Shown here one piece after another: positions 9,841 through 20,470 of a stretch of DNA of 62,527 nucleotides. This stretch comes from Candidatus Hydrogenedens sp. GTDB taxonomy: Bacteria > Hydrogenedentota > Hydrogenedentia > Hydrogenedentales > Hydrogenedentaceae. How positions within the stretch are numbered: position 1 is the stretch's first letter; each line of letters opens with the position of its first letter. The stretch covers positions 1-62,527 of the forward strand of contig JBMFRC010000017.1 of assembly GCA_049968235.1 (NCBI GenBank), written 5' to 3'. Made by a program: the position numbers and the translations under genes. The notes beneath the pieces are model-generated. The model saw nothing but the letters and a program-made list of their open reading frames with translations, did not search any database and had not been told where the DNA came from.

Positions 9841-10671
9841 ATGATAAGAGAACACTGTATAAAAGGATATATTGAGAACAAATTTATAAGAATCATTTAT
9901 GGGATACTTTTGCTTTTCTTTAATTTTAATTACCTAATAGCTCAAGATAATGTTCCCCCACTACTTAAAAGACCGGGAGAAGATGGAGGAGTGAAAAAAA
10001 ACTTAACGGCAGAGGTATTTGCGATAAAAACGGGTGAACGAAATACACAAATTACGAATGAAGAGACACAAAATAAATCCGGAGTATTAGGAGGGGATGA
10101 AGCCTTATCATTTATTACTAAAAAATTAGGAATAAATAATTACGAGGTAGTTTTTAAGGATGACCAACCAATCTTACCGGATAAAAAAAGTGAATTACAT
10201 TACCGGATAAAAGAAGGTTTAGATTATTATGTTATGCCTCAGGAGGTCGCTTCATCCGAAATATTTACATTGGATACTCGTGTCCAGATAACTGAGGAAG
10301 GTAAAAAAGTAGATGCTATCAAAGCGATAGCAAAAGCAAAATTAGGAGAACCTTTGGTGTATAAGGGGATAAAATCAAATAATGATGATTATATAATAAT
10401 ATTTACATTGAAAAATGAGGATAAAAATCAATCTAAGGGAGGTGAGCAAAATCAGGAACAACAAGAAAAAGAAGAAAACCAGAATCAACAGGATAAACAA
10501 GATAAAGATGAGCAACAAAAACAAGCAGAGGAAAACAAAAATGAAGAAAATAAAAAAGAAAACCGACAGATGGAAATATTGTTAGAATCATTAGATGATA
10601 TGGACCAAAAAGAACAAAAAGAAATGTTAAATGACCGTGAACATATTTTGTTACCCGAAAAATGGTGGTAA
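9841..10671 (+). CDS. Secreted hypothetical protein with a Q/E/K-rich low-complexity tail.
   Basis: N-terminal hydrophobic segment. C-terminal QNQEQQEKEENQNQQDKQDKDEQQKQAEENKNEENKKENRQ, encoded by a polypurine tract at about 10440-10570. Confidence 0.5.
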   Translation: MIREHCIKGYIENKFIRIIYGILLLFFNFNYLIAQDNVPPLLKRPGEDGGVKKNLTAEVFAIKTGERNTQITNEETQNKSGVLGGDEALSFITKKLGINNYEVVFKDDQPILPDKKSELHYRIKEGLDYYVMPQEVASSEIFTLDTRVQITEEGKKVDAIKAIAKAKLGEPLVYKGIKSNNDDYIIIFTLKNEDKNQSKGGEQNQEQQEKEENQNQQDKQDKDEQQKQAEENKNEENKKENRQMEILLESLDDMDQKEQKEMLNDREHILLPEKWW

Positions 10672-10672
10672 T

Positions 10673-12565
10673 ATGAAGGTTGAGATAGGACAAAATAAAC
10701 AACAAAAAGAAATGAGGATAAAGATTAATATTGTATCTCTATTACTATTTGTTTTTTTCTTTTATGGGGGAGTTATTCCCCTTGTTTATTCACAAGATTT
10801 ACCAATACAGGTTCAGGTAAATCCCTCAGAAGTAGGAGTAGGCGATTCTTTTGATGTAATCATTTCGATTCAAGGTACAAATGTTGGTGAACCCGTTATT
10901 TCTTCAGAAGAGGGAATAAAAATTAATCCCCAGTCATTTTATAATGGAATGAGTACGCAAATGCAGATAGGTTTTGGGCAATCTCGTATAGTTACAACAA
11001 AAGAAAGGCATTATCGTGGTTATGCACAACAAGAAGGGGAATGGAAAATATTTGTTCGGGCGGATGTTGATGGAAAACAATATGTTGCACCGGAAGTAAA
11101 AATCAAAGTAAGTAAAACAGCATCGTCTCCCCAAACCGTTCCTTCAATTCCATCTATACCACAGAGACAACCAAGAACTTTTCAGGGCAGAAAACGACAA
11201 TCCGGTAACCCCGGAACACAGACAGAGCAAACGCAATTCGACCAGGCTCTAATCGTCGAAAGCGAATTATCGAAACGAATCGTATTCCAAGGGGAAGTAT
11301 TAACTGTAATATTCCGTGCAAAAATCCTTGAATCTCCGGATATTTCCATACAAACCACAACAGGGAACCTTCCCGATTTACCTGTATTAGATGATTTTTA
11401 CATGGGAAAAGTGCAACAGAATACTCGAAAAGAAGACCAATCGGGAAAGATTTATCGTGTTATTGAACTATCGGTGCCCGTTTGTCCGAAGAGTGTGGGA
11501 ACACTAACAGTAAGTCCATGGGAATGGAATAACTGCTATATACGGTATTTTAATAATTGGGGTTGGCCAGAAATATATTCAATAAATAAAAGTTCAGAAG
11601 CATTAAATCTTGAAGTACGAGCATTACCCGATGCCCCAAATAATTATTACGGAGCCGTGGGTAAGTATACTCTAACCTCTAATCTATCACAAACAGAAGT
11701 AAATGTAGGAACTCCTATTTATTTGTCAATGACAATACGAGGTTCAGGAAATCCTGATTTTATAAGAGCCCCATCGAAACCTATTCTTGATTGGGCATAC
11801 ATTTCAGACGCGGAAATTATCAGTGGAAATACCGATACATGGGATAATGTGGAGAAGACAATTCGCTTTTCAATAACTCCAATGAAACCGGGAGATTATG
11901 AAATACCCGTAATAGAATACAATTACTTCAATCCTCAGATTGGGCAGTATACTACACTCCGTACAAATTCCTTTAAGGTGAAAGTTAACGGAGAAGCGAA
12001 AGATGTAGATAGTATAATTACCGCAGGAGGAACGCCACGAATGGAAACACGTAGTGTCGATTTGTCCAGTAGTGATCTGCTCCCTTTAATTACCGAAGGT
12101 ATCCAATTAAAGCCCAGGCGTTATTATTATAAAGGGAGTGCCATTACTATTTTTATTCTTTTCCCGCTTATTTCTATGATTTCAATTGGATTGGGTTTCC
12201 GTAAGGAGTATTTACGAAAAAATCCTATATACCTTCGCAAAATATCTGCGTACACAAATGCAATAGAAAAGTTTAATGAATTAAAAATAGAGACGGGTAT
12301 TCCCAATGCTGTAGAGCAATCACTCAAACAATATATCGGCGATGCTACAGGGAGTTTAAATACCTCAGGACTAACATCAGATGATATTGAAAATATTATG
12401 AGAAAACAGGGAATAGGGAACGACTTTATATACAAAACGGTAAAATTATTAAAAACCTGTGAACGGATACGATATAGTGGTTCCTCTGTCTCTGTAGATG
12501 AAAGCAAAGGATTGGAAGAAGGTTTTAATTTGTTAATAGAAGAATTAAAGAAGACATTAAGGTAA
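10673..12565 (+). CDS. batD: BatD-like oxygen-tolerance protein (signal peptide, large extracellular beta-rich domain, C-proximal TM, cytoplasmic tail).
   Basis: About 630 aa. Signal MRIKINIVSLLLFVFFFYGGVIPLVYSQD. TM ITIFILFPLISMISIGLGF near the C-terminus. Start taken at ATG 10673 to avoid the 41-nt overlap of the 10631 alternative. Confidence 0.6.
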   Translation: MKVEIGQNKQQKEMRIKINIVSLLLFVFFFYGGVIPLVYSQDLPIQVQVNPSEVGVGDSFDVIISIQGTNVGEPVISSEEGIKINPQSFYNGMSTQMQIGFGQSRIVTTKERHYRGYAQQEGEWKIFVRADVDGKQYVAPEVKIKVSKTASSPQTVPSIPSIPQRQPRTFQGRKRQSGNPGTQTEQTQFDQALIVESELSKRIVFQGEVLTVIFRAKILESPDISIQTTTGNLPDLPVLDDFYMGKVQQNTRKEDQSGKIYRVIELSVPVCPKSVGTLTVSPWEWNNCYIRYFNNWGWPEIYSINKSSEALNLEVRALPDAPNNYYGAVGKYTLTSNLSQTEVNVGTPIYLSMTIRGSGNPDFIRAPSKPILDWAYISDAEIISGNTDTWDNVEKTIRFSITPMKPGDYEIPVIEYNYFNPQIGQYTTLRTNSFKVKVNGEAKDVDSIITAGGTPRMETRSVDLSSSDLLPLITEGIQLKPRRYYYKGSAITIFILFPLISMISIGLGFRKEYLRKNPIYLRKISAYTNAIEKFNELKIETGIPNAVEQSLKQYIGDATGSLNTSGLTSDDIENIMRKQGIGNDFIYKTVKLLKTCERIRYSGSSVSVDESKGLEEGFNLLIEELKKTLR

Positions 12566-12570
12566 GTAGT

Positions 12571-13362
12571 ATGAATATTGGTTTGTTATGCATTTCTTTA
12601 TTTATAAGTTTAACAGGGAATATATATGACCAATCTTTTAGAGAAGGAAATGAATCGTATTATAAGAAAGATTTTGAAACCGCAATACAGAAGTATGAAA
12701 ATTTAATAAAATCAGGAATAGTGCATCCTATCCTTTTTTATAATTTGGGGAATGCTTATTATCATTCAGGAAAGAGAGGATTAGCAATTGCAAATTACGA
12801 ACGTACTCTTGAAATAAATCCATCCTTTAAACCTGCAAGAGATAATTTAAATAAAGTATTAAATGAAACGAAAAGGAATCTTGCAATACCAGAGGAACCT
12901 CTGTGGCTAAAATACTTATTTATCTGGCATTATGGAATACATATAAGATGGACATGGACTATAAGTCTTTTGTTCTGGCTAGTAGGATGGACAGTGATTG
13001 GATGCCTGATGTGGATAAAAGAGAAATATAGAAAGGGGATGTTAATTATAGGAATTATAACAATTGCTGTAGGTGTTATATTTTTAATCTCTGCCATTGT
13101 TAAAACCAATTCGACACCTTTAGGAGTGGTCATTGTTTCAGAATGCCCTGTTCATATAACTCCTTCGGAGAACAGTCCATCTCGATTTGAACTCTATGAG
13201 GGTGACCGTGTTCGTATAGAACGGGAAGAAGACACCTGGACATTAATTTCTACTGTAGATAACGAAAGAGGCTGGATAAAAAATGATACAATATTTATCT
13301 GGAAACCTCCTTATCGTAGTGTTGAAAATAAAATGAACATTGAAAAGAAAGTATCATCTTGA
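12571..13362 (+). CDS. batE: BatE-like TPR + TM + SH3b-domain protein.
   Basis: TPR block YNLGNAYYHSGKRGLAIANYERTLEINPSF. TMs WTISLLFWLVGWTVIGCLMWI and LIIGIITIAVGVIFLISAIV. SH3b-like EGDRVRIEREEDTWTLISTVDNERGWIKNDTIF. Confidence 0.65.
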   Translation: MNIGLLCISLFISLTGNIYDQSFREGNESYYKKDFETAIQKYENLIKSGIVHPILFYNLGNAYYHSGKRGLAIANYERTLEINPSFKPARDNLNKVLNETKRNLAIPEEPLWLKYLFIWHYGIHIRWTWTISLLFWLVGWTVIGCLMWIKEKYRKGMLIIGIITIAVGVIFLISAIVKTNSTPLGVVIVSECPVHITPSENSPSRFELYEGDRVRIEREEDTWTLISTVDNERGWIKNDTIFIWKPPYRSVENKMNIEKKVSS

Positions 13363-16079
13363 AAAACTTTATTGAATTATTGCAAAGCATATCATTATCT
13401 CCTCAAGATGGGATTTCTATTAATGAGTTTTTGTCTTCTGCTAAAAGATACTACAGGCAAAGTTGGGAAGAAATTCGTCAGAACCATAGAGAGGGATATT
13501 CCGGCAGACAAATACTGAAGCAGTTAAGTGAAATTACGGATATTCTCATTGAAGGGGTTTTATTGTATGCTTTATATGATTGCAATATAAATAAAAAAAT
13601 ATTTGACGGTATTTCCCTTTGTGCTTTAGGGGGGTATGGTCGTAGAGAATTATCGCCTCATTCCGATTATGATTTATGTTTTTTACATAAAGAAGAGATA
13701 GATAATTCTGTATTAGAGCCATTAATTCAAAGTTTTACAACGATGTTATGGGATTTGGGATTACATGTGAGTATTTCAATTTATACAGTTCCGGAAGCCT
13801 TGCAACTTATCGAGGACGACTCCAAGACCTATACTTCTTATTTACATATTCGAAATATTACAGGTCAATCTCGATTGTCAGAATTCCTGAAAGAAGGGTT
13901 GAAAGGCATATCTCAAAATGCTAAGGCAAAGGTATACGATATTATTTTTCAACGTATAGGAACTGCCTTTGCACAATCGGGAAGAGATTTATTTTCTCAT
14001 GAACCCGATATAAAAGAAAATGCAGGAGGATTAAGAGATTACCATGCATTATTATGGATTTTAGGACTGGAAAACAATTGCGGTTCAACCCTTGAAGACT
14101 TAGAAAAAAGTGGTTATGTTGAAAATAATACATATCTTTCCTTAGTAGATAGCCTTGATTTTCTATGGAAAATACGCAATGAACTTCATTTTATTAAAAA
14201 TAGAAATTGGGATTTATTAACTGTAGAAATGCAATATCATCTGTCTCAATTTCTTAATTACGGAGGTTCTGCGGATGAGGCAATTGAAAGATTTATGGAA
14301 GATTATTATTCTTCAGCAATGAGGATACGTTTATTGTTCGAATATATTGCCCGTAAAACGGAACAGAAAAATTTCCCAAAGACATATATTGAAATTCCTT
14401 CTTCAAATGTTGACGATAAATCTAATTATATATTGTATAACGGCTATTTAACACCGCGAATAGATGATAACAATTGGTTTGTGGAGAATCCTGTTCGTAT
14501 CATGGAATTATTCTGGGAAGTCTCCCGTAGAAAAGTGCCAATAGGATACACAAACCAGCATTGGATACAACAAAATTTGCATTTAATTAATGATAGTTTC
14601 CGAAACAATGATGTTGTCAGCAAATACTTGTTATCTATATGTAGCAAGCCCTTTTCTGCTGGATTTACATTTAGAGAAATGGAAAAGTTAGGTGTCCTAT
14701 CTAAATACATACCAGAATTTGGTGCTATTCAAGGAATTGTCCGATACAAAGATTTTCACAGTTATCCTGTCAATGAGCATATTTTGAGAGCGATTGAGTC
14801 ATTAGAAAATATTCCTCGTATGTCAGGTTCTATTGGAGAGATATTTAGAAAAGTATTAAAAGAAATTGAGGAACCACAAATTCTTGTCCTATCAATCCTT
14901 CTTCATGACCTCGGCAAGGTAGAAGGCGAGAGCCATATAGAAGCGGGAGTCCATATAGCAAGAACTGTTTGTGATAGATTGGGTTTATCTGATGAAGATA
15001 CAGAACATGTATCGTTTCTTGTTAGGAATCACCAACTTATGGTAAATGTAGCATTATATAGGGATATTGATGACACAGATGTTGTTCAGGCATTTGCCTC
15101 AGAGGTAAAAACAGAAAAAATTCTTAAAGAACTTATGATAATGAGTTATGCAGATTTATTTGCGGTAGGTCCCAATGTATGGAACGAGTGGAAGGGCTCT
15201 TTATTAGTCAATTTATATTTTAAAACACTACGAATGTTAAAAAAAGAGTATTTAAATGATATAACGGCTGAAGAAGCACTAACAGAGAAAATTAATCAGA
15301 TACTGGAAAAAGTTCCACAAAGAAATCGTTCTGAATTAGAATACCATTTGAATTCAATGGGTTCCGGCTATCTGGATGCATTTACCCCTGATGATATTAT
15401 CATACACCTGGATTGTTTGGAAGAAGCAATGGAAAAGGGGCTGGCGGTACGATGTTGGTCAAATGAATCTATAGGGATGAGTTACTTCGTTGTTGCTACA
15501 CGGGATAAACAGGGGTTATTTGCCCAAATTGCTGGATGTTTCGCTTCACAACTTATTGATATTTACAGTGCTTCTCTATATACCCGAGAAGATGGATGGG
15601 TTATGGATTATTTCCTTGTTCGCGATGCACCTCAACGGAGACCTCTTACAGAAGGACAGATTGTAACATTAGAAAAAACATTACGCTCGGTTATTTTAGA
15701 GGGTAAAGATGTGCAAATCCTTGTTGACAAAACAAAGACGAAATTATTTGCACTCAAAAAATCTCTGGCCCCTGTTCAGACATATATCCATTTTGATAAC
15801 GATTCTTCTAATAAACATACAGTTATTGATATAGAAACAGGAGACCGAACAGGTTTGTTATATGATATAGCCTCTGCTTTTTTCGTTATGGGATTGAACA
15901 TATATAAAGCAAGAATTAATACAGGGGCTTATCGGGTCCGTGATTCTTTTTATGTACAATTTCGTGATAGTAAAATAACACATAGAATATTACAATCCGC
16001 TATTCGTGCCGGATTGTTGGAATCTATTGATGCACAAAACATTCAACAGGAGCAAAACAATGACGAACACAATGACTAA
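13359..16079 (+). CDS. glnD: Bifunctional [protein-PII] uridylyltransferase / uridylyl-removing enzyme GlnD.
   Basis: Nucleotidyltransferase motif ALGGYGRRELSPHSDYDLCFLH. HD domain LLHDLGK. Two C-terminal ACT domains (TVIDIETGDRTGLLYDIASAF). 906 aa. Apparent TTG start overlapping the batE stop. Confidence 0.85.
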   Translation: MKNFIELLQSISLSPQDGISINEFLSSAKRYYRQSWEEIRQNHREGYSGRQILKQLSEITDILIEGVLLYALYDCNINKKIFDGISLCALGGYGRRELSPHSDYDLCFLHKEEIDNSVLEPLIQSFTTMLWDLGLHVSISIYTVPEALQLIEDDSKTYTSYLHIRNITGQSRLSEFLKEGLKGISQNAKAKVYDIIFQRIGTAFAQSGRDLFSHEPDIKENAGGLRDYHALLWILGLENNCGSTLEDLEKSGYVENNTYLSLVDSLDFLWKIRNELHFIKNRNWDLLTVEMQYHLSQFLNYGGSADEAIERFMEDYYSSAMRIRLLFEYIARKTEQKNFPKTYIEIPSSNVDDKSNYILYNGYLTPRIDDNNWFVENPVRIMELFWEVSRRKVPIGYTNQHWIQQNLHLINDSFRNNDVVSKYLLSICSKPFSAGFTFREMEKLGVLSKYIPEFGAIQGIVRYKDFHSYPVNEHILRAIESLENIPRMSGSIGEIFRKVLKEIEEPQILVLSILLHDLGKVEGESHIEAGVHIARTVCDRLGLSDEDTEHVSFLVRNHQLMVNVALYRDIDDTDVVQAFASEVKTEKILKELMIMSYADLFAVGPNVWNEWKGSLLVNLYFKTLRMLKKEYLNDITAEEALTEKINQILEKVPQRNRSELEYHLNSMGSGYLDAFTPDDIIIHLDCLEEAMEKGLAVRCWSNESIGMSYFVVATRDKQGLFAQIAGCFASQLIDIYSASLYTREDGWVMDYFLVRDAPQRRPLTEGQIVTLEKTLRSVILEGKDVQILVDKTKTKLFALKKSLAPVQTYIHFDNDSSNKHTVIDIETGDRTGLLYDIASAFFVMGLNIYKARINTGAYRVRDSFYVQFRDSKITHRILQSAIRAGLLESIDAQNIQQEQNNDEHND

Positions 16080-17487
16080 ATTTATAAAGTTTCTATCAAT
16101 GATTGCAGTTACGATACTAATTGCTCGAATATCGTATGCAGATATTCTCGAAGAGATAGAAAAGAGATTTATTGAAATACATGAAAAGGTAGGATGTTCA
16201 GTAGTCAATATTGAACGAGAATCACAAATTAATGCTGTCCCCATAAATCGCGAAGAATTATTTAAGCAATTTGGGTTACCAGTTCCAGAAGAAAAAGGAA
16301 CTCCATCGCTTCCCCCTAAAGAACAGAAGCAAAAAGTTACAGGTACCGGTTCAGGCTTTGTTTATTCCAAAGATGGATACATTATTACCAATAATCATGT
16401 AATAGAAGATGCAGATAAAATTACAGTAAAAACTGTATCCGGAAAAAAATATCCGGCGAAGGTAATTGGTGCTGATTCGGAATCCGACCTCGCTGTGATT
16501 AAAATAGAACCTGAAGAAGAGTTAGTACCTGTTATATTAGGCGATTCAGACCAGTTAAAAGTAGGGCAATTTGTTGCTGCAATTGGAAGTGCTCGCGGTT
16601 TGGAAGGTTCTGTTTCTTTTGGTCATATCAGTGCTTTAGGTAGGGAAAATCTTAGAGAATTACAACTGCAAGGACTTACATTTCAGCATTTAATACAGAC
16701 TGATGCAGGAATTAACCTCGGGAATAGTGGAGGTCCTTTAACAAATATTAAAGGCGAGGTGATAGGAATCAATGTCGCCTTAATGTTAGGTGCTAATAGA
16801 ATCGGTTTTGCAATTCCTATAAACACTGCGAAGCAAGTAATTCCTCAACTGATACAGGGCGGTAAGGTTGTAAGAGGCTATTTAGGTGTCGCTGTAACCG
16901 ATGTAGAACGCTATGGTGAAGCCTTAAATTTGCCAGCCAGTTCCGGTGCATTTGTAAAAAGAGTTCAGGAAGGAACACCTGCAGAAAAGGCAGGAATTAA
17001 AGTGTATGATGTTATTTTGAAAGTGGATGAACATGAAATTCAAACGGCACAGGATTTAGTTAATACCGTATCTTCCTATATGCCCGGGACCTCAGTAGTT
17101 TTAGAAATATGGAGAGATGAAAATAAAATTTCATTACCCATTACATTGGGAGAAAGAAATTTGCAAATTGCACAAAAGCCCCAGAAAAATGTGTCATTTT
17201 TAGGTATGACTTTTGTGGATTTGGACAGTAAGAGCAGGGAAAAATTAGGACTACCTCCTGATAGTCAAGGAGTTTTGATAGAAAATATTGAGACAGGAAG
17301 TCCCGCAGAAGAAGCAGGCTTGTTCCCCGGTGATATTATTTTAGAAGTTCAAAGGAAAATAGTTGGCAGTGTGAAGGACTTACTGGCAGTTCTCCCAGAC
17401 CTTATCAATTCAGGGAAACCCATTATGATTCGTTATCAACGAGAAAAACAAGAACCCGATATTACCATTGTTAGTGTTGCTCCATAA
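16060..17487 (+). CDS. htrA: HtrA/DegP-family periplasmic serine protease with two PDZ domains (catalytically intact).
   Basis: Triad context GSGFVYSKDGYIITNNHV (His), DLAVIKI (Asp), GNSGGPL (Ser). Two PDZ segments. ATG at 16060 overlaps the glnD stop (16079); an alternative ATG at 16072 is possible. The track start at 16006 is a GTG inside glnD. Confidence 0.85.
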   Translation: MTNTMTKFIKFLSMIAVTILIARISYADILEEIEKRFIEIHEKVGCSVVNIERESQINAVPINREELFKQFGLPVPEEKGTPSLPPKEQKQKVTGTGSGFVYSKDGYIITNNHVIEDADKITVKTVSGKKYPAKVIGADSESDLAVIKIEPEEELVPVILGDSDQLKVGQFVAAIGSARGLEGSVSFGHISALGRENLRELQLQGLTFQHLIQTDAGINLGNSGGPLTNIKGEVIGINVALMLGANRIGFAIPINTAKQVIPQLIQGGKVVRGYLGVAVTDVERYGEALNLPASSGAFVKRVQEGTPAEKAGIKVYDVILKVDEHEIQTAQDLVNTVSSYMPGTSVVLEIWRDENKISLPITLGERNLQIAQKPQKNVSFLGMTFVDLDSKSREKLGLPPDSQGVLIENIETGSPAEEAGLFPGDIILEVQRKIVGSVKDLLAVLPDLINSGKPIMIRYQREKQEPDITIVSVAP

Positions 17488-17504
17488 AAATATTTCTACA
17501 AATA

Positions 17505-18455
17505 TTATCGAGATACAGCAACTTCATAAATAGTTCTGAAAAAGGATTGCGGATTTCCTCCTTTAGGTCCTTTGGCAACACATTCAACTATATATTTTTT
17601 TTCTGCATTAAATTTAAGTGTTATCGTATTTTTATCCTCTTTTTGAATAACTCCATCTACTTTCCATGTGTAAGAGGAATATCCCTCAGCAGAAATTAAT
17701 TTTAGAGGTTGTTTCATTTTAACCTGCAAAGGAATGGGGTCATAGGATATTACCTTAGTTTCTGCACTTGCTTTACCTAACAAAATATCTGCATCTTTCT
17801 CTTCAACTTCAATAGTATAATTGCCCGGTTCCGGAAATGTAAATTCAAATGTAGATTCTCCTTCTCCCTGTTTAATCACTTGATGATTAACTCGCCATAT
17901 ATACAAAAGGTCCGGATTCCTTTCAAGATGTATTACCAGAGTTTGTCCTTCATAATGTAAGGGGGGAACTTCCAGATAAATATCAACTCTGTGAATGGGA
18001 GTAGCAAGCCCTAATTGTTTCTTTAATTCATCAACAGGAATACCTTCTTTTTTTGCACGATTTTCTAATGTATCAGGAAGTTTGTCCAATGGAGCATAAA
18101 CAGCAATAATAGATTTTCCAAAAGTTGTCTCAATAACTAAATCATAGGTCCCCGTTTCAAGCAATCTAGGAGTAATAACTATTTTATCATCTAATATCTG
18201 CACATGAATCATATGATTATATTTATTCTCACCTGCTAAAAATGACCAATTTTTTATATGTTCTTTTTTTAAGGGTTGATTTTTATAAAATATCTTTACG
18301 GTGACTTCTTGATTTAAATCATGGAATGTGATTTCATCAGGATTTGCATATAAATCTGGATTTTTTATATCTCCAAAAATAGATAATGAAAACATGAGAA
18401 GAAAAGCAATTGCACCATTGGCTATGAGTAATTTAAAATTATTATAGGGGAACAT
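17505..18455 (-). CDS. Hypothetical secreted protein, 316 aa.
   Basis: N-terminal TM/signal LLIANGAIAFLLMFSLSIFG. No recognisable catalytic motif. Confidence 0.4.
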   Translation of the reverse strand: MFPYNNFKLLIANGAIAFLLMFSLSIFGDIKNPDLYANPDEITFHDLNQEVTVKIFYKNQPLKKEHIKNWSFLAGENKYNHMIHVQILDDKIVITPRLLETGTYDLVIETTFGKSIIAVYAPLDKLPDTLENRAKKEGIPVDELKKQLGLATPIHRVDIYLEVPPLHYEGQTLVIHLERNPDLLYIWRVNHQVIKQGEGESTFEFTFPEPGNYTIEVEEKDADILLGKASAETKVISYDPIPLQVKMKQPLKLISAEGYSSYTWKVDGVIQKEDKNTITLKFNAEKKYIVECVAKGPKGGNPQSFFRTIYEVAVSR

Positions 18456-18592
18456 ATTCTAATACCTTTCCCTTCTATTAAATTTGTTAATAGTTTGCTA
18501 TAAAGGGATTATACTAATTTTAACAAAAGACCCCAATGTTTTATATTATTAATACATATCCAAAAAACAATATGATGACAATATAGGCAAAT

Positions 18593-20470
18593 ATGGATAC
18601 TCGGGATTTTGACATTATTATAGTTGGTGGAGGACATGCAGGTATTGAATCCGCATTAGGTGGAGCCCGTTTGGGGTATAGAACGATAATGATAACTCTT
18701 CAAATAGACAATATCGGAAAAATGTCCTGCAATCCTGCTATAGGAGGAGTGGCAAAAGGGCAACTGGTAAGAGAGATAGATGCATTAGGGGGAGAAATGG
18801 GTCGATGTATTGATAGGACGGGTATACAATTTAAAATGTTAAATCGTTCCAAAGGTCCCGCTGTTCATTCACCCAGGGCACAGGCAGACCGATTTCTTTA
18901 TCAGTGGGATATGAAGAGAGTATGTGAATTGCAGGAGAACCTATATTTAAAACAAGGAGAAGTTGCGGAAATTTGTGTCCATAAAAACAAGGTATATGGG
19001 GTTAAATTAACGACAGGAGAAGAAATTACGGGTAGGGTTGTTATTGTATGCACGGGAACATTTTTAGCCGGCTTACTTCATTTCGGAATGCAATCTGTTG
19101 TGGGAGGAAGGGCAGGAGACCCACCGGCTTCTTACTTAAGTGATTGCTACCGTCAATTGGGGTTTACTGTGGAAAGATTGAAGACCGGTACATGTGCTCG
19201 AATACACCGAAGAAGTATATGCTTTGATGGATTAGAAGAACAGAAAGGAGATGAAAACCCCCGTCCATTTTCCTTTTCAACTCCTATTGAAGGTTTTAAC
19301 CCTAATAAAGTATCGTGCTGGATTACTTATACGAATGAAAAGACACATGAAATTATCCGCAACAGTTTAGACCGTTCTCCTTTATATTCGGGAAGAATTT
19401 CCGGTATAGGACCACGATATTGTCCCAGTATTGAGGATAAGGTTGTTAAATTCCCTGACAAGACAAGTCATCATATCTTTTTAGAACCAGAAGGCGTAAA
19501 TACGGTTGAAGTATATGTCAATGGTTTATCTACAAGTTTGCCTGAAGATGTCCAGTTAGCCATGTTACATTCTATAAAAGGTTTAGAAGAAGCAGAAATT
19601 ATTCGCCCTGGATATGCAGTTGAGTATGATTTCATTCCACCCACACAACTCAAACTAAATTTAGAGACAAAATTAATTCAGGGGTTATTCCATGCAGGAC
19701 AAATTAATGGAACTTCAGGTTATGAAGAAGCAGGCGGTCAGGGTATTTATGCACTATTAAATGCAGTTCGTTATATAGAGGGCAAAGCCCCCTTGATTAT
19801 CGGAAGACATGAAGCCTATATCGGTGTTATGGTAGATGATATTGTTACTCGAGGAGTGAAAGAGCCTTATCGGTTATTTACATCTCGAGCAGAGTATCGC
19901 CTTCATTTACGACAGGATAATGCAGATATTCGCCTTGCTCATTATGGATTTGCTAATGATACAGTAATAGAAAAAGCAAGAAAAAAACAGGAAGAAGCAA
20001 AAAACGAAGTAGAACGATTAGAAAAACTTGTTATTCTTCCCAATCAACAAATTAATGAATGGCTAAACTCAATAGATGAACCTCCTCTCAACCATCCAAC
20101 TACGGGTGCTGTGTTAATAAGAAGACCCAAAGTCTCTATTCAGGATTTCTATCGATTTTTTCCCAAAGGAAAGCCTCTTCCTAAAGAAGTGGAAGAACTT
20201 GTCGAGATTTTGATTAAGTATCATGGGTATTTTGAACGAGAAGAAAAAATTGTTGAAAAATTCAAACGGTCTGAAAATATTTCTATTCCGCCTGACCTGG
20301 ATTATGATAGTATTGAAGGTCTTCCACGAGAGAGTAAACAACGCCTTAAAGAAGTGAAACCTGCGAATTTAGGACAGGCTTCCCGTATCCCGGGGATTCG
20401 TTCATCAGATTTAATGATATTACATCTATGTATTGAACGGAATAATATAACGAAAACAGGTTCTTTTTAA
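18593..20470 (+). CDS. mnmG: tRNA uridine-5-carboxymethylaminomethyl(34) synthesis enzyme MnmG (GidA).
   Basis: [26 protein letters not shown] motif. [27 protein letters not shown]. 625 aa. Confidence 0.9.
   Translation: MDTRDFDIIIVGGGHAGIESALGGARLGYRTIMITLQIDNIGKMSCNPAIGGVAKGQLVREIDALGGEMGRCIDRTGIQFKMLNRSKGPAVHSPRAQADRFLYQWDMKRVCELQENLYLKQGEVAEICVHKNKVYGVKLTTGEEITGRVVIVCTGTFLAGLLHFGMQSVVGGRAGDPPASYLSDCYRQLGFTVERLKTGTCARIHRRSICFDGLEEQKGDENPRPFSFSTPIEGFNPNKVSCWITYTNEKTHEIIRNSLDRSPLYSGRISGIGPRYCPSIEDKVVKFPDKTSHHIFLEPEGVNTVEVYVNGLSTSLPEDVQLAMLHSIKGLEEAEIIRPGYAVEYDFIPPTQLKLNLETKLIQGLFHAGQINGTSGYEEAGGQGIYALLNAVRYIEGKAPLIIGRHEAYIGVMVDDIVTRGVKEPYRLFTSRAEYRLHLRQDNADIRLAHYGFANDTVIEKARKKQEEAKNEVERLEKLVILPNQQINEWLNSIDEPPLNHPTTGAVLIRRPKVSIQDFYRFFPKGKPLPKEVEELVEILIKYHGYFEREEKIVEKFKRSENISIPPDLDYDSIEGLPRESKQRLKEVKPANLGQASRIPGIRSSDLMILHLCIERNNITKTGSF

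Noticed and set aside
16006-16059. GTG-initiated N-terminal extension of htrA (MPDCWNLLMHKTFNRSKT…).
   Set aside because: It lies within the glnD C-terminal coding region. The ATG at 16060 (or 16072) immediately precedes the signal peptide.
17488-17504. Hairpin AATATTTctacAAATATT between the convergent htrA and the 17505 gene, as a terminator.
   Set aside because: The stem is A/T only (7 bp) with no downstream T-run, so it is too weak to call.
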